Position numbers and translations under genes: made by a program. Below are positions 26,483 through 35,749 of a stretch of 62,880 nt of DNA, piece after piece. How positions within the stretch are numbered: the stretch's first letter is position 1; each line of letters begins with the position of its first letter. Origin of the DNA: an uncultured Dehalococcoidales bacterium (lineage in GTDB: Bacteria; Chloroflexota; Dehalococcoidia; GIF9; UBA5629); assembly GCA_964616785.1 (NCBI GenBank), contig CAZTRR010000002.1:2863-65742 (forward strand). Reading direction: 5' to 3'. The notes beneath the pieces were generated by a model. That model did no database searches. It saw only the letters and a list, made by a program, of their open reading frames with translations, and was not told the origin of the DNA.

Positions 26483-26507
26483 TGATTATTGCGAGCACTA
26501 TTATACC

Positions 26508-26527
26508 TTGACTAATTCTTTAGTCAA
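26508..26527. promoter_or_regulatory. perfect 8+4+8 palindrome TTGACTAA-ttct-TTAGTCAA in the rsmD/nuoA divergent region (candidate operator)
   Basis: Read directly from the sequence. It lies 26 nt upstream of the rsmD start and 69 nt upstream of nuoA. Confidence 0.45.
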
Positions 26528-26529
26528 GC

Positions 26530-26559
26530 TTGTTTCTTGTCTTCAGGATATGGTAGACT
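26530..26559 (+). promoter_or_regulatory. candidate nuo operon promoter
   Basis: TTGTTT, 18-nt spacer, extended -10 TGgTAGACT (TAGACT at 26554-26559). Confidence 0.35.
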
Positions 26560-26595
26560 CTCACGCGGCATTCTCAGTCGAAAGGGCGCTGGTAC

Positions 26596-26967
26596 TTGCT
26601 ATCAGAGTACGGCTATATTGGGATACTACTTATCGTAGCTATCCTGTTCACGGTTGCCATACCGCTCATCCCTTTAGCTCTTAGCTTTCTGGGCGTCGTT
26701 CCGAGGAAGAGCAACCCGGCTAAGACTTCCACCTACGAGTGTGGCATGGAAACCATTGGTAAGACGTGGGTCCAGTTCAACTTCCGCTATTACTTCTTTG
26801 CCATTCTCTTCGTTGCTCTCGACGTATTAACCGTTTTCTTGTATCCCTGGGCTGTTAATCTCAAGGGGCTGGGCTCGGTTGGCCTGATTGCGGTGGGCGT
26901 TTTAGTTGTGATTCTCATGGTGGGATATATCTATGCTTGGCGAAAAGGAGCACTGGAGTGGAAGTAG
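26596..26967 (+). CDS. nuoA: NADH-quinone oxidoreductase subunit A
   Basis: 123 aa, TTG start, 3 TM helices, YECGME motif. Confidence 0.9.
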   Translation: MLSEYGYIGILLIVAILFTVAIPLIPLALSFLGVVPRKSNPAKTSTYECGMETIGKTWVQFNFRYYFFAILFVALDVLTVFLYPWAVNLKGLGSVGLIAVGVLVVILMVGYIYAWRKGALEWK

Positions 26968-27548
26968 AAAGGTATGAGGTTCCGTCTGCAAAGGAAATTG
27001 ATGCTGCTGAAGCCTTGAGAATCAGGTCGCTAAGGGAAGCGTCCCAGCAGCCAATACCTGACCCTGATAGCTGGCTCGAAGAGGAGATCAGGCGCAACGT
27101 TCTTGTGACAACAGTTGACTATGTACTTGATTGGGCACGGTCGCGGTCAATATTCCCGCTTATGTTTGGGTTGGCCTGCTGCGCTTTTGAGATGATTACT
27201 ACTGCAACTTCGCGCTTCGACATCTCCCGCTTCGGTATGGATATTTTCCGCTGGTCGCCGCGCCAGGCTGACCTGATGATTGTCGCTGGGACGTTGACCT
27301 GGAAGATGGCACCAGCGGTGAAATTAGTCTATGACCAGATGGCCGAGCCTAAGTGGGTGATAGCTATGGGGGCTTGCGCTATTAGCGGTGGCACCTTCAG
27401 GGAGTCCTACAGCGTTGTGCCAGGGGTCAACCGCATAGTACCGGTCGATGTTTACGTGCCCGGGTGTCCACCCCGGCCTGAAGGCCTGATTTACGGCATA
27501 ACCAAGATACACGAGAAGATCATCAAGGCAAGCATAAAGTCCGGGTGA
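26958..27548 (+). CDS. nuoB: NADH-quinone oxidoreductase subunit B
   Basis: [17 protein letters not shown] and VPGCPP cluster N2 motifs. GTG 26958 (SD aaaggag 7 nt upstream) is preferred over TTG 26937. Confidence 0.9.
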   Translation: MEVERYEVPSAKEIDAAEALRIRSLREASQQPIPDPDSWLEEEIRRNVLVTTVDYVLDWARSRSIFPLMFGLACCAFEMITTATSRFDISRFGMDIFRWSPRQADLMIVAGTLTWKMAPAVKLVYDQMAEPKWVIAMGACAISGGTFRESYSVVPGVNRIVPVDVYVPGCPPRPEGLIYGITKIHEKIIKASIKSG

Positions 27549-27596
27549 CCAGCGGCATCAGGGTGATTCTGTGATCGGAGGTAGTTAAGAAGAAGA

Positions 27597-28037
27597 ATGA
27601 CGGTGGCCTTGAATGGCGAGGAAATAGCCAAGAGAGTAGCCGAAGTGTTTCCAGATTCCGGTGCCGCTGGTGACGAAGTGACCGTCGTTGTCAGCAGTGA
27701 TTGCCTCTACCAGGTGGCTGAATTCCTCAAGAATACCTCGGGGCTTGATTTCGATTATCTCAATAACCTCACTGCCGTCGACTATCTCGACTATTTCGAA
27801 ATTGTCTATCATTTGAGCTCCTTGAAGCATAATCATAGCTTGGTTTTGAAAACGAGGTGCTACGACCGGGAAGAGCCTGTGGTGGCTTCCGTAGTTGGAC
27901 TATGGCGCGCTGCTGATTTGCAGGAGCGAGAAGTCTATGACCTTATGGGCATCACCTTTGAAGGTCACCCGAATCTGAAGCGTTTGTTCCTCTGGGAAGG
28001 GTTTGATGGGCATCCTCTGCGGCGGGATTATCTCTGA
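27597..28037 (+). CDS. nuoC: NADH-quinone oxidoreductase subunit C
   Basis: 146 aa. ANLQEREVYDLMGITFEGHP-type block (here AADLQEREVYDLMGITFEGHPNL). Confidence 0.9.
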   Translation: MTVALNGEEIAKRVAEVFPDSGAAGDEVTVVVSSDCLYQVAEFLKNTSGLDFDYLNNLTAVDYLDYFEIVYHLSSLKHNHSLVLKTRCYDREEPVVASVVGLWRAADLQEREVYDLMGITFEGHPNLKRLFLWEGFDGHPLRRDYL

Positions 28038-28038
28038 G

Positions 28039-29142
28039 ATGGCAATCAAGACCGAGCCCTTTATTCTCAATATGGGCCCTCAACACCCATCAACTCACGG
28101 TGTCTTTCGCATGAGGGTTACCCTTGATGGGGAGGTGGTTGTTGACGTGGAGCCCGTTGTTGGGTACCTCCACCGCGGAATCGAGAAACTGGCTGAGGGG
28201 CGAACCTATACGCAGAACATCCCCTTCACCGATAGACTGGACTACTTGGCTTCCATGACGAACAATCTAGCCTACGTTCTGGCGGTGGAGAAACTGGCGG
28301 GAATTGAGGTTCCAGAGCGGGCTGAGTATCTGAGGATTATTATGGCCGAGATGATGCGTATCAGCAGTCATCTCATGGCAGTTGGCTTTTTCCTTAATGA
28401 CCTTGGGGCCATGATGACGCCGGTCTTGTATATGTGGCGGGAGAGGGAGAAGCTCCTGGACCTGTTCGAGATGGTCTGTGGTCAGCGGCTTACCTACAAC
28501 TACATGCGCATCGGCGGCGTCAGTCATGATATCCCTGAGGAGTTCTTGCCCGCTTTGAAACGGTTTGTGGTTGAGATGCCGGGCTTCATCGATGAGTATG
28601 ATCAGCTTCTGGCTCAGAACGAAATCGTGCTGGCGCGGAGTAAAGGCGTTGGCGTTCTGCCTGAAGAGATGGCCATAAACATCGCGGCCAGCGGCCCGGT
28701 GCTCCGAGCCAGCGGTGTGAAGTGGGATATCCGTCGATCTGACCCCTATTCGATCTATGACCGTTTTGACTTCGATATACCGGTGGGCAGTGCAGGTGAT
28801 TGCTATGACCGCTACTGGGTGAGAGTGCAGGAGATGAGGCAGAGCGTTCGTATTCTGGAGCAAGCGATACCCCAATTGCCTGAGGGCGAGGTCTGTGCCA
28901 AGGTGCCTCACCTGCTGCGGCCACCGGCCGGTGAGGTATACGGGCGAATAGAGGCTCCAAAGGGTGAACTCGGCTTCTATTTGGTTAGCGATAATTCGAT
29001 TGCCCCTTATCGGTTCCGTATTCGGCCGCCAACGCTGATTAACTTGACTGCGTTGCGCGATATGGTTAGGGGTTGGAAAGTGGCTGACTTGATAATCACA
29101 TTTGGCAGCATAGATGTCTGCTTGGGAGAGATAGACAGGTAA
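28039..29142 (+). CDS. nuoD: NADH-quinone oxidoreductase subunit D
   Basis: MGPQHPSTHGV motif. ATG 28039 lies 1 nt after the nuoC stop; the ORF-track start 28003 is rejected. Confidence 0.92.
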   Translation: MAIKTEPFILNMGPQHPSTHGVFRMRVTLDGEVVVDVEPVVGYLHRGIEKLAEGRTYTQNIPFTDRLDYLASMTNNLAYVLAVEKLAGIEVPERAEYLRIIMAEMMRISSHLMAVGFFLNDLGAMMTPVLYMWREREKLLDLFEMVCGQRLTYNYMRIGGVSHDIPEEFLPALKRFVVEMPGFIDEYDQLLAQNEIVLARSKGVGVLPEEMAINIAASGPVLRASGVKWDIRRSDPYSIYDRFDFDIPVGSAGDCYDRYWVRVQEMRQSVRILEQAIPQLPEGEVCAKVPHLLRPPAGEVYGRIEAPKGELGFYLVSDNSIAPYRFRIRPPTLINLTALRDMVRGWKVADLIITFGSIDVCLGEIDR

Positions 29143-30257
29143 TGACGCTTCTGGAGCAATTTCGTCTGTGGTTAGGTGGTATCTGGCCTCAGTGGGAGTG
29201 GGCAGCTTACATCGTTCCAGCCATAGTCGGCATAGTGGTAGTCCTTGGCTTCGTTTTGACTATGGTGATAGTCTTCATCTATTTTGAGCGTCGTCTATTA
29301 GGGCGGTTTCAAATCCGTCTAGGTCCTAACCGACTCGGACCGGAGGGGATCTTCCAGCCGCTTGCGACTGCGGTAAAGGTGTTATTGAAGGAAGATATTG
29401 TACCGTCCAGAGCTGATAAGCTGGTTCACTGGTTAGCGCCAGTGATCGTCTTTGCACCGATACTGTTGATTTTTGCCGTGGTGCCGTTTGGTGAAGGCGC
29501 TATATTCGCCGACCTGAACGTGGGGATCATTTATGTGGTGGCAATTAGCTCTGTATCTGCCGTGGGCATATATATGGCGGGCTGGGGTTCCAGCAATAAG
29601 TATGCCTTGATAGCAGCTTTGCGGACGGTAGCTCAGATGGTGAGCTACGAGCTGCCAGTGGTGCTGTCCATTCTCGGTGTGGTATTGATGGTTGGCTCAC
29701 TGTCGATGAACCAGATCGTGGATTCCCAGAATATCCCTTTCATCTTGCTTCAACCGCTGGGTTTCATCATCTTCTTCTTGGCCGCGCTTGCTGAGATGAA
29801 CCGCTGTCCATTTGACCTTCTTGAGGCTGACTCCGAGATCGTGGCAGGCTACCACACCGAGTATTCTGGGATGAAATTTGCGTTGTTTTATCTGGGTGAA
29901 TATGGCCATGCTGTGGCGTATTCAGCAATCATCGCGACTCTCTTCCTTGGCGGTTGGCAAGGCCCATTGTTACCACCGATCTTGTGGCTGCTGATCAAGA
30001 TCGTAGCCGTGTTCTTTGTTATTGTGTGGATGCGCAGTACTCTCCCGCGGTTGCGTGTAGACCAACTAATGGGCTTTGCCTGGAAAGCCCTGTTGCCCAT
30101 GGCAGTGATTAACCTGTTTGTCGTTGCTGCCGAGGTGCTCTGGCTGCCGGAAGGTCTACCTTGGGTAATGATGGTCGTGAATTTCGCTCTCGCTGGTGTG
30201 CTAATTCTGCTGTGGTCGAAGTTGTTTGTTCTGGGAGGCGGTAGAGTTGAAGTTTGA
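29142..30257 (+). CDS. nuoH: NADH-quinone oxidoreductase subunit H
   Basis: 371-aa polytopic protein with typical NuoH blocks (YAERKLLGR-like FERRLLGRFQIRLGPNR). Its start overlaps the nuoD stop. Confidence 0.92.
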   Translation: MTLLEQFRLWLGGIWPQWEWAAYIVPAIVGIVVVLGFVLTMVIVFIYFERRLLGRFQIRLGPNRLGPEGIFQPLATAVKVLLKEDIVPSRADKLVHWLAPVIVFAPILLIFAVVPFGEGAIFADLNVGIIYVVAISSVSAVGIYMAGWGSSNKYALIAALRTVAQMVSYELPVVLSILGVVLMVGSLSMNQIVDSQNIPFILLQPLGFIIFFLAALAEMNRCPFDLLEADSEIVAGYHTEYSGMKFALFYLGEYGHAVAYSAIIATLFLGGWQGPLLPPILWLLIKIVAVFFVIVWMRSTLPRLRVDQLMGFAWKALLPMAVINLFVVAAEVLWLPEGLPWVMMVVNFALAGVLILLWSKLFVLGGGRVEV

Positions 30258-30792
30258 ACGATATGGGATCGGTATTGCCAAGGGGATGGCGGTAACCTTC
30301 AAGCACCTCTTCCGTCCGCCGATAACTGTGCAATATCCGGAGCAGAAGCTGCTCGTTTCACGGCGCATACGGGGCAATGAACTGGTCTGGTATCCTGACA
30401 GATGCACTGGGTGCGCTACCTGTGCCAAGAGTTGCCCTCAGGGCAACATTGAAATCGTCACCCATGAAGGTGACGAGAACAACTACGTGGTTGACAAATT
30501 CGAAGTGGATACCGGGCGTTGCATGTTCTGTGGCTTGTGTGTCGAGTCTTGCCCCTATGAGGCGCTAGCTATGGGGATTGGCTATGAGCGGGCGCAGTTT
30601 CGAAGGAGGCAGTTCGTGTTGACCAAGGAAGAATTGCGGTTATCTGAGACAAGGCAGCCCAGTGGCTATGCGCGGCCCAAGATTGAACCAACTCTACCTA
30701 AACAAAGCCTGCTCGTCTACTGGGACAGGGAAGAAGGTGGGCAGAAACTGAGTTTGGTGCCGCTCACCAAGAAGAGAGGGCGCGGTGTTTGA
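30247..30792 (+). CDS. nuoI: NADH-quinone oxidoreductase subunit I
   Basis: Two CxxCxxCxxxCP motifs (CTGCATCAKSCP, CMFCGLCVESCP). TTG 30247 (SD ggaggcgg) is preferred; the ORF-track start 30226 is possible. Confidence 0.9.
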   Translation: MKFERYGIGIAKGMAVTFKHLFRPPITVQYPEQKLLVSRRIRGNELVWYPDRCTGCATCAKSCPQGNIEIVTHEGDENNYVVDKFEVDTGRCMFCGLCVESCPYEALAMGIGYERAQFRRRQFVLTKEELRLSETRQPSGYARPKIEPTLPKQSLLVYWDREEGGQKLSLVPLTKKRGRGV

Positions 30793-31270
30793 TATTGTCT
30801 TCTGGACGCTGGCGGTGGTCACCGTAGGCGCAGCGCTGGCTGTTGTCCTCCTCAGAGACGTGTTTCGGGCCGCTCTTTGCCTCGTCTTGCTTTTCTTCAT
30901 GGTAGCTGGAGTCTACATCACGCTTCACGCTGACTTCCTGGCTGTTGTTCAGGTTCTTGTCTACGTGGGGGCTATCTCTGTATTGATCATCGTTGGTATC
31001 ATGCTTACGCACGAGATGTGGCGGGGGAACCCATCGGGAAAGCTGCGCATACCTGCCTTAGTGGTGGGCCTGTTGCTCTTGGGTGCTCTGGTGTTCAGCG
31101 TAGTGACTACCGAATGGCGGACGAGTGACGTGCCGCCTCAGGAGCCAACGACGGCAGCAATAGGGGCCTTTCTATTTGGCGAGGGTGGATTCATACTACC
31201 GGTGGAAATCGCGGCGGTCCTGCTTTTGGCGGCGGTGCTGGGTGCCATAGTGCTAATAAGGGAGAAATAG
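30785..31270 (+). CDS. nuoJ: NADH-quinone oxidoreductase subunit J
   Basis: 161-aa hydrophobic protein with GTG start overlapping the nuoI end. Positional and compositional match. Confidence 0.85.
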   Translation: MFDIVFWTLAVVTVGAALAVVLLRDVFRAALCLVLLFFMVAGVYITLHADFLAVVQVLVYVGAISVLIIVGIMLTHEMWRGNPSGKLRIPALVVGLLLLGALVFSVVTTEWRTSDVPPQEPTTAAIGAFLFGEGGFILPVEIAAVLLLAAVLGAIVLIREK

Positions 31271-31272
31271 AA

Positions 31273-31584
31273 GTGTCTGTTGGACTGGAACATTACCTCG
31301 TACTGTCGGCGGTGCTTTTCTCTATTGGTCTGTACGGTGTGTTGGCGAAGCGCAATGCTGTAGTCATTCTGATGTGTATTGAAATCATGCTGAATGCGGT
31401 GAACATAGCACTGGTTGCCTTTTCCCGCTATGTTGTGCCCACGCTTCTCACCGGGCAGGTTTTTGCTATTTTCGTTATTGTTGTGGCTGCCGCTGAGGCT
31501 GCTGTGGGCATAGCCATAATAATTGCCATTTATCGCAACCGTGAGTCTATAGACGTGGCCAAATTCGACCTGATGAAATGGTAG
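31273..31584 (+). CDS. nuoK: NADH-quinone oxidoreductase subunit K
   Basis: 103 aa, 3 TM helices, conserved Glu-containing helix ([13 protein letters not shown]). Confidence 0.88.
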   Translation: MSVGLEHYLVLSAVLFSIGLYGVLAKRNAVVILMCIEIMLNAVNIALVAFSRYVVPTLLTGQVFAIFVIVVAAAEAAVGIAIIIAIYRNRESIDVAKFDLMKW

Positions 31585-31595
31585 CGGGATAGAAT

Positions 31596-31790
31596 ATGTG
31601 GGTTCAGGTTAAAAGCGCACCCAATTTGATAATGGCTGAGATGTGGAAGGAGTTCTTTGAGGGTGAGGGGATTCCAACCCGCGTTTTGCCTGACCCAGAT
31701 AGGCCCGTAACTGGCGGTTCAGCAAGCTATCGTATTCTTGTTTCCCAGGAGAAAGTACATGTCGTTGAGGAGGTGTTAAGGAAACTCTAA
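31596..31790 (+). CDS. 64-aa soluble protein inserted between nuoK and nuoL (DUF2007-like pattern by eye)
   Basis: MWVQVKSAPNLIMAEMWKEFFEGEGIPTRVL...YRILVSQEKVHVVEEVLRKL. The stop TAA overlaps the nuoL ATG (taATG), indicating translational coupling. Confidence 0.55.
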   Translation: MWVQVKSAPNLIMAEMWKEFFEGEGIPTRVLPDPDRPVTGGSASYRILVSQEKVHVVEEVLRKL

Positions 31791-33709
31791 TGCCTCACCA
31801 AGTTCCGTGGCTGATCTTTCTCCTACCGGTGTTCTCGCTCATCGTTATCTCTTTTGTCCTCAGGCCTTTCTTCAACCATCGGCCCAAGCTCGGCGGCTAT
31901 GTTACCATTGGCTCTATCGGCGCTGCTTGTGTTCTTTCTTTGTGGGTACTTGTAGAGGTGCTTGGTACCCCCGGGCATAAGCTGGACATACCTGATATCC
32001 AGTGGGTGTTGATCGGTGACCTCAGTGTCCATGTCGGCCTGATAGTTGATTCTCTGACTGCTGTAATGGTAGTGGTGGTGACCCTGGTCAGCCTGATGGT
32101 TCAAATCTATTCGCAGGGTTACATGCACGGTGATCCTGGATACCATCGCTATTTTGCATTTATGTCTTTGTTCACTGCCTGCATGCTGGGCTTGGTTATG
32201 GCTGATAACCTGGTCTTCATGTTCCTCTTCTGGGAGGGCGTTGGCTTGGGTTCCTACCTTCTTATCGGCTTCTGGTTTCATCGGCCATCTGCCGCTGACG
32301 CGGCCAAGAAAGCTTTCATCGTTACCCGCTTTGGTGACCTTGGCTTTCTCGCCGCTATCCTGCTGCTCTTCTACCACACGGGCACCTTCGACACCGAGGA
32401 GCTACATGCGCTGGCCATAGCCGGGACTCTGGCAGGGACTACTCTAACCTGGGTAGCCATCGGTATTTTTGCCGGTGCAGCGGGTAAATCCGCACAGTTC
32501 CCGTTACATGTTTGGTTGCCTGATGCCATGGAAGGCCCGACACCGGTGAGTTCTTTGATACACGCGGCGACCATGGTAGCTGCTGGCGTCTTCCTGGTAG
32601 CGCGCTTTTACCCTCTGTTTGAGCATTCCGAAGTGGCCTTAACCACGGTGGCTGTTATCGGCGGTTTTACGGCCATTTTCGCGGCCAGCATGGGCCTGGT
32701 GATGACCGATGTCAAGCGCGTATTGGCTTATTCTACCATCAGCCAGCTGGGTTATATGATGCTCGGACTGGGTACCGGTGGTATGGCTGTGGGCATTATT
32801 CATCTGGTCAACCATGCCTTCTTCAAGTGTCTGCTCTTCCTTGGTGCCGGTAGCATTAATCATAGCACGGGGACTTTCGACATGCGGGAGATGGGTGGCT
32901 TGCGCAAGGCAATGCCATGGACCTTTGCTACCTTCCTTATCGCATCGCTGAGCCTGGCTGGTATCTGGCCATTCTCCGGCTTCTGGAGCAAGGATGATAT
33001 CGTGGTGTCTGCTTTTGCTGGCAACCCGATACTGTTCTACCTGTCTATGATTACCGTCTTTATGACGGCCTTCTACATATTCAGGGTCATCTTCCTTACT
33101 TTTGGTGGCGAATACAGAGGCCGAGCTCCTTTAGAGCACGGCGGTCACGAACCTCACGGGCCCCATGAATCGTCCAAGGTGATGGTTATTCCTATGGTTT
33201 TCCTTGCCGTAATGTCGATATTCTCGGGATGGTTCAATATTACCGGCGGGTTCAATGAGTTCATGGGCCATGCTGGACACGGTCATGAGGTACACGGTTT
33301 TGCTGAAGGCTTCTTCGGTATGCTTACTCATCCTGTGGCCTTACTGTCGCTATTGCTGGCTGTTTTGGGTATCCTGCTGGCCTATGCCATGTACAGCGCC
33401 AAATGGGTTTCAGCCGAAGCCGTAGGCAGGGTCTTCAAGCCCTTTTACACCTTGTTTTCCAGGAAGTACTGGATGGACGAGCTCTATGAGAGGGTGATTG
33501 TAGTCAGGGTTCTAGTTGACGGAATCTTTGCTGGTCTTGGTTTCTTTGATGACCGTGTGGTTGATGGGATGGTGAATGGTGTGGCTGACGGTACTGCGAC
33601 TGCTGGGCGAAGTATCCGACGGGTACAAACGGGTCAGTTGCAGGTTTACGCCATGGCTATTGCTGTGGGTGTGGTAGCCATCGCCGTCTGCTACTATCTC
33701 TTTGGCTGA
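31790..33709 (+). CDS. nuoL: NADH-quinone oxidoreductase subunit L
   Basis: 639 aa, Mrp-antiporter-like, with a long C-terminal amphipathic extension typical of NuoL. Confidence 0.92.
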   Translation: MPHQVPWLIFLLPVFSLIVISFVLRPFFNHRPKLGGYVTIGSIGAACVLSLWVLVEVLGTPGHKLDIPDIQWVLIGDLSVHVGLIVDSLTAVMVVVVTLVSLMVQIYSQGYMHGDPGYHRYFAFMSLFTACMLGLVMADNLVFMFLFWEGVGLGSYLLIGFWFHRPSAADAAKKAFIVTRFGDLGFLAAILLLFYHTGTFDTEELHALAIAGTLAGTTLTWVAIGIFAGAAGKSAQFPLHVWLPDAMEGPTPVSSLIHAATMVAAGVFLVARFYPLFEHSEVALTTVAVIGGFTAIFAASMGLVMTDVKRVLAYSTISQLGYMMLGLGTGGMAVGIIHLVNHAFFKCLLFLGAGSINHSTGTFDMREMGGLRKAMPWTFATFLIASLSLAGIWPFSGFWSKDDIVVSAFAGNPILFYLSMITVFMTAFYIFRVIFLTFGGEYRGRAPLEHGGHEPHGPHESSKVMVIPMVFLAVMSIFSGWFNITGGFNEFMGHAGHGHEVHGFAEGFFGMLTHPVALLSLLLAVLGILLAYAMYSAKWVSAEAVGRVFKPFYTLFSRKYWMDELYERVIVVRVLVDGIFAGLGFFDDRVVDGMVNGVADGTATAGRSIRRVQTGQLQVYAMAIAVGVVAIAVCYYLFG

Positions 33710-33740
33710 GGATAAAAGAAGTTGTTTCGCAATCCTATTC

Positions 33741-33795
33741 GTCATTCTGAGCGGAACGAAGAATCTAGATACCCTTCGCTGTCGCTCAGGGTGAC
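33741..33795. repeat. REP-like imperfect inverted repeat between nuoL and nuoM
   Basis: GTCAttCTGAGCGgaaCGAAG (33741-33761) pairs with CTTCGctgtCGCTCAGggTGAC (33774-33795). The left arm is related to 16941-16966. Confidence 0.6.
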
Positions 33796-33819
33796 AAGTA
33801 AATCTGAGGGTAAACGGAT

Positions 33820-35307
33820 TTGGATTTTAGCTATTTGACAGCCATAGTCTTCCTGCCCTTGGTTGGGGTGATTGTCATCGCTCTATTGCGTGACCCCCGG
33901 GCGAAAACCGTAAGGGTCACGGCTCTTGCGTTTACCCTAGCTTCGTTCGCCCTGTCGATTGCCGTCTTCTGTCTATTTGACCGTTCCGGTGGAGCCGTTG
34001 GGCAGGTACAGTTTGAGGAGAAGGTGTCTTGGATACCGGCGATCAATGCGTTCTATCATCTTGGTGTTGACGGTCTCAGCCTGCCCATGGTGGTACTGAT
34101 GACATTCCTCGGCTTCTTGGCTGTGCTGGTTTCATGGAAAGTGGAATTAAGGCCTAAGGAATACTTCATTTGGCTCCTGCTTCTGGAGACCAGCATTCTG
34201 GGCGTCTTCTGCTCTCTAGATCTCATCCTGTTCTTTCTGTTCTGGGAACTGGAGCTCATACCGATGTACTTTCTCATCTCCATCTGGGGCAGTGGCAGGA
34301 AGGAATATGCGGCCAATAAGTACCTCATCTACACTCTTGTTGGCAGCGCCATGATGCTGGCGGGCATCTTGAGCATTTACTTTGCCACAGGCAGCCTGAG
34401 CATCATGGAATTGGGTGGTCTAGCTTTGGCCGCGCCAGTTATCCCGCTTGCTGCCATGTTTTTCTTGCTCTTGACCGGCTTTGCCATCAAGCTACCGGTG
34501 TTTCCATTCCATACGTGGCTGCCTGACGCTCATACCAATGCTCCCACCGCAGTCAGCGTCATTCTGGCCGGAGCGCTTCTGAAGATGGGTGGTTACGGGA
34601 TGATTCGGCTCTGCGTCACTATCTTCCCCGAGGTTGCCTTGCGCTACGCCCCGTTGCTCGTGGTACTGGCTGTGGTTGGTGTGCTCTATGGAGCAGCAGT
34701 GACCTTGAGGCAGAAGGACTTGAAGCGGCTGATTGCCTACAGTAGCGTCAGTCATATGGGGTATGTGCTTCTGGGTATCTTTGCCTTGAATCAGATGAGC
34801 CTGACCGGGGCCACCTTGCAGATGTTCAGCCACGGTGTCATCACCGGGCTTCTTTTTGCCATGGTAGGTCTGGTGTATGACAAGACGCACGAGCGTAACC
34901 TCGACAGTCTGGGAGGGCTAGCCCGCCAGATGCCAGTTATCGTGGTGGTCTTCAGCATTGCCGGCCTAGCATCCCTGGGTTTGCCGGGCACAAGCGGCTT
35001 TGCCGCTGAGTTTATCACCTTCGTCGGTAGCTTCACCAGTGTGGCTGTTGAAGGAATCCAACTGTATACCCTTCTGGGTGTGCTGGGGATTGTGTTGACT
35101 GCTGGCTATATACTGTGGATGCTACAGAAGGTTTTCTACGGCCCGCCGCTGGAGAAGTACGACGGTGTGCCCGATGCCGATAATATCGAGAGGGTGTGCA
35201 TCTTTTCCTTTGTTGGCGCTATCATGCTTGTCGGACTGTATCCGGCTATCCTCACTGATGTCATCAAGCTGGGTATCACGCCGATAATGAAACTAGTAGG
35301 TCTGTGA
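33820..35307 (+). CDS. nuoM: NADH-quinone oxidoreductase subunit M
   Basis: 495-aa antiporter-like subunit with TTG start. Confidence 0.9.
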   Translation: MDFSYLTAIVFLPLVGVIVIALLRDPRAKTVRVTALAFTLASFALSIAVFCLFDRSGGAVGQVQFEEKVSWIPAINAFYHLGVDGLSLPMVVLMTFLGFLAVLVSWKVELRPKEYFIWLLLLETSILGVFCSLDLILFFLFWELELIPMYFLISIWGSGRKEYAANKYLIYTLVGSAMMLAGILSIYFATGSLSIMELGGLALAAPVIPLAAMFFLLLTGFAIKLPVFPFHTWLPDAHTNAPTAVSVILAGALLKMGGYGMIRLCVTIFPEVALRYAPLLVVLAVVGVLYGAAVTLRQKDLKRLIAYSSVSHMGYVLLGIFALNQMSLTGATLQMFSHGVITGLLFAMVGLVYDKTHERNLDSLGGLARQMPVIVVVFSIAGLASLGLPGTSGFAAEFITFVGSFTSVAVEGIQLYTLLGVLGIVLTAGYILWMLQKVFYGPPLEKYDGVPDADNIERVCIFSFVGAIMLVGLYPAILTDVIKLGITPIMKLVGL

Positions 35308-35334
35308 GGGGGGTGAATTATCACATCTCGAATA

Positions 35335-35745
35335 TTGGTGGCCGTGGGGGCACTTATTGAAGATCGCAAGGGCAGGATACTCTTGGTGAGACACAAGCCG
35401 GAGCGAGGCGGTTTCTGGCAAGGAAAGTGGATTTGCCCCGGTGGTGAACTGGAGTTAGGAGAAGGCATAGGGGATGGCATAAAGCGCGAGATCAAAGAGG
35501 AGACCAATTTGGAGATAGACTTGGTCAAAGCTTTGGCACCTTTTGACCGGATTGTGAAGTCGACTGAAGGAGTCAACTTGCATGTTGTGTATATCGACTA
35601 CATAGCCAATTTGGTTGGCGGCGAGCTCGAGGTGGGCAGCGATGTTGGTGAAGCTTTGTGGGTGGAGAAGGATAAGCTCGGCTCGCTGTGGGAAGAATTG
35701 CATGAGGATACCAAAAAGCTGCTTGAGTTAGCCGGGATGGTTTAG
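35335..35745 (+). CDS. NUDIX hydrolase inserted between nuoM and nuoN
   Basis: Intact Nudix box GGELELGEGIGDGIKREIKEETNL. The start is uncertain (TTG 35335 or GTG 35338); the only SD-like run (gagggggg, 35306-35313) is 21 nt or more upstream. Confidence 0.7.
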   Translation: MVAVGALIEDRKGRILLVRHKPERGGFWQGKWICPGGELELGEGIGDGIKREIKEETNLEIDLVKALAPFDRIVKSTEGVNLHVVYIDYIANLVGGELEVGSDVGEALWVEKDKLGSLWEELHEDTKKLLELAGMV

Positions 35746-35749
35746 TCTG

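Noticed and set aside
26508-26527. Calling the nuo-upstream palindrome a Rex operator.
   Set aside because: The half-site TTGACTAA does not match the Rex half-site TTGTGAA as I remember it, and no rex gene is in the window. It is kept only as a generic candidate operator.
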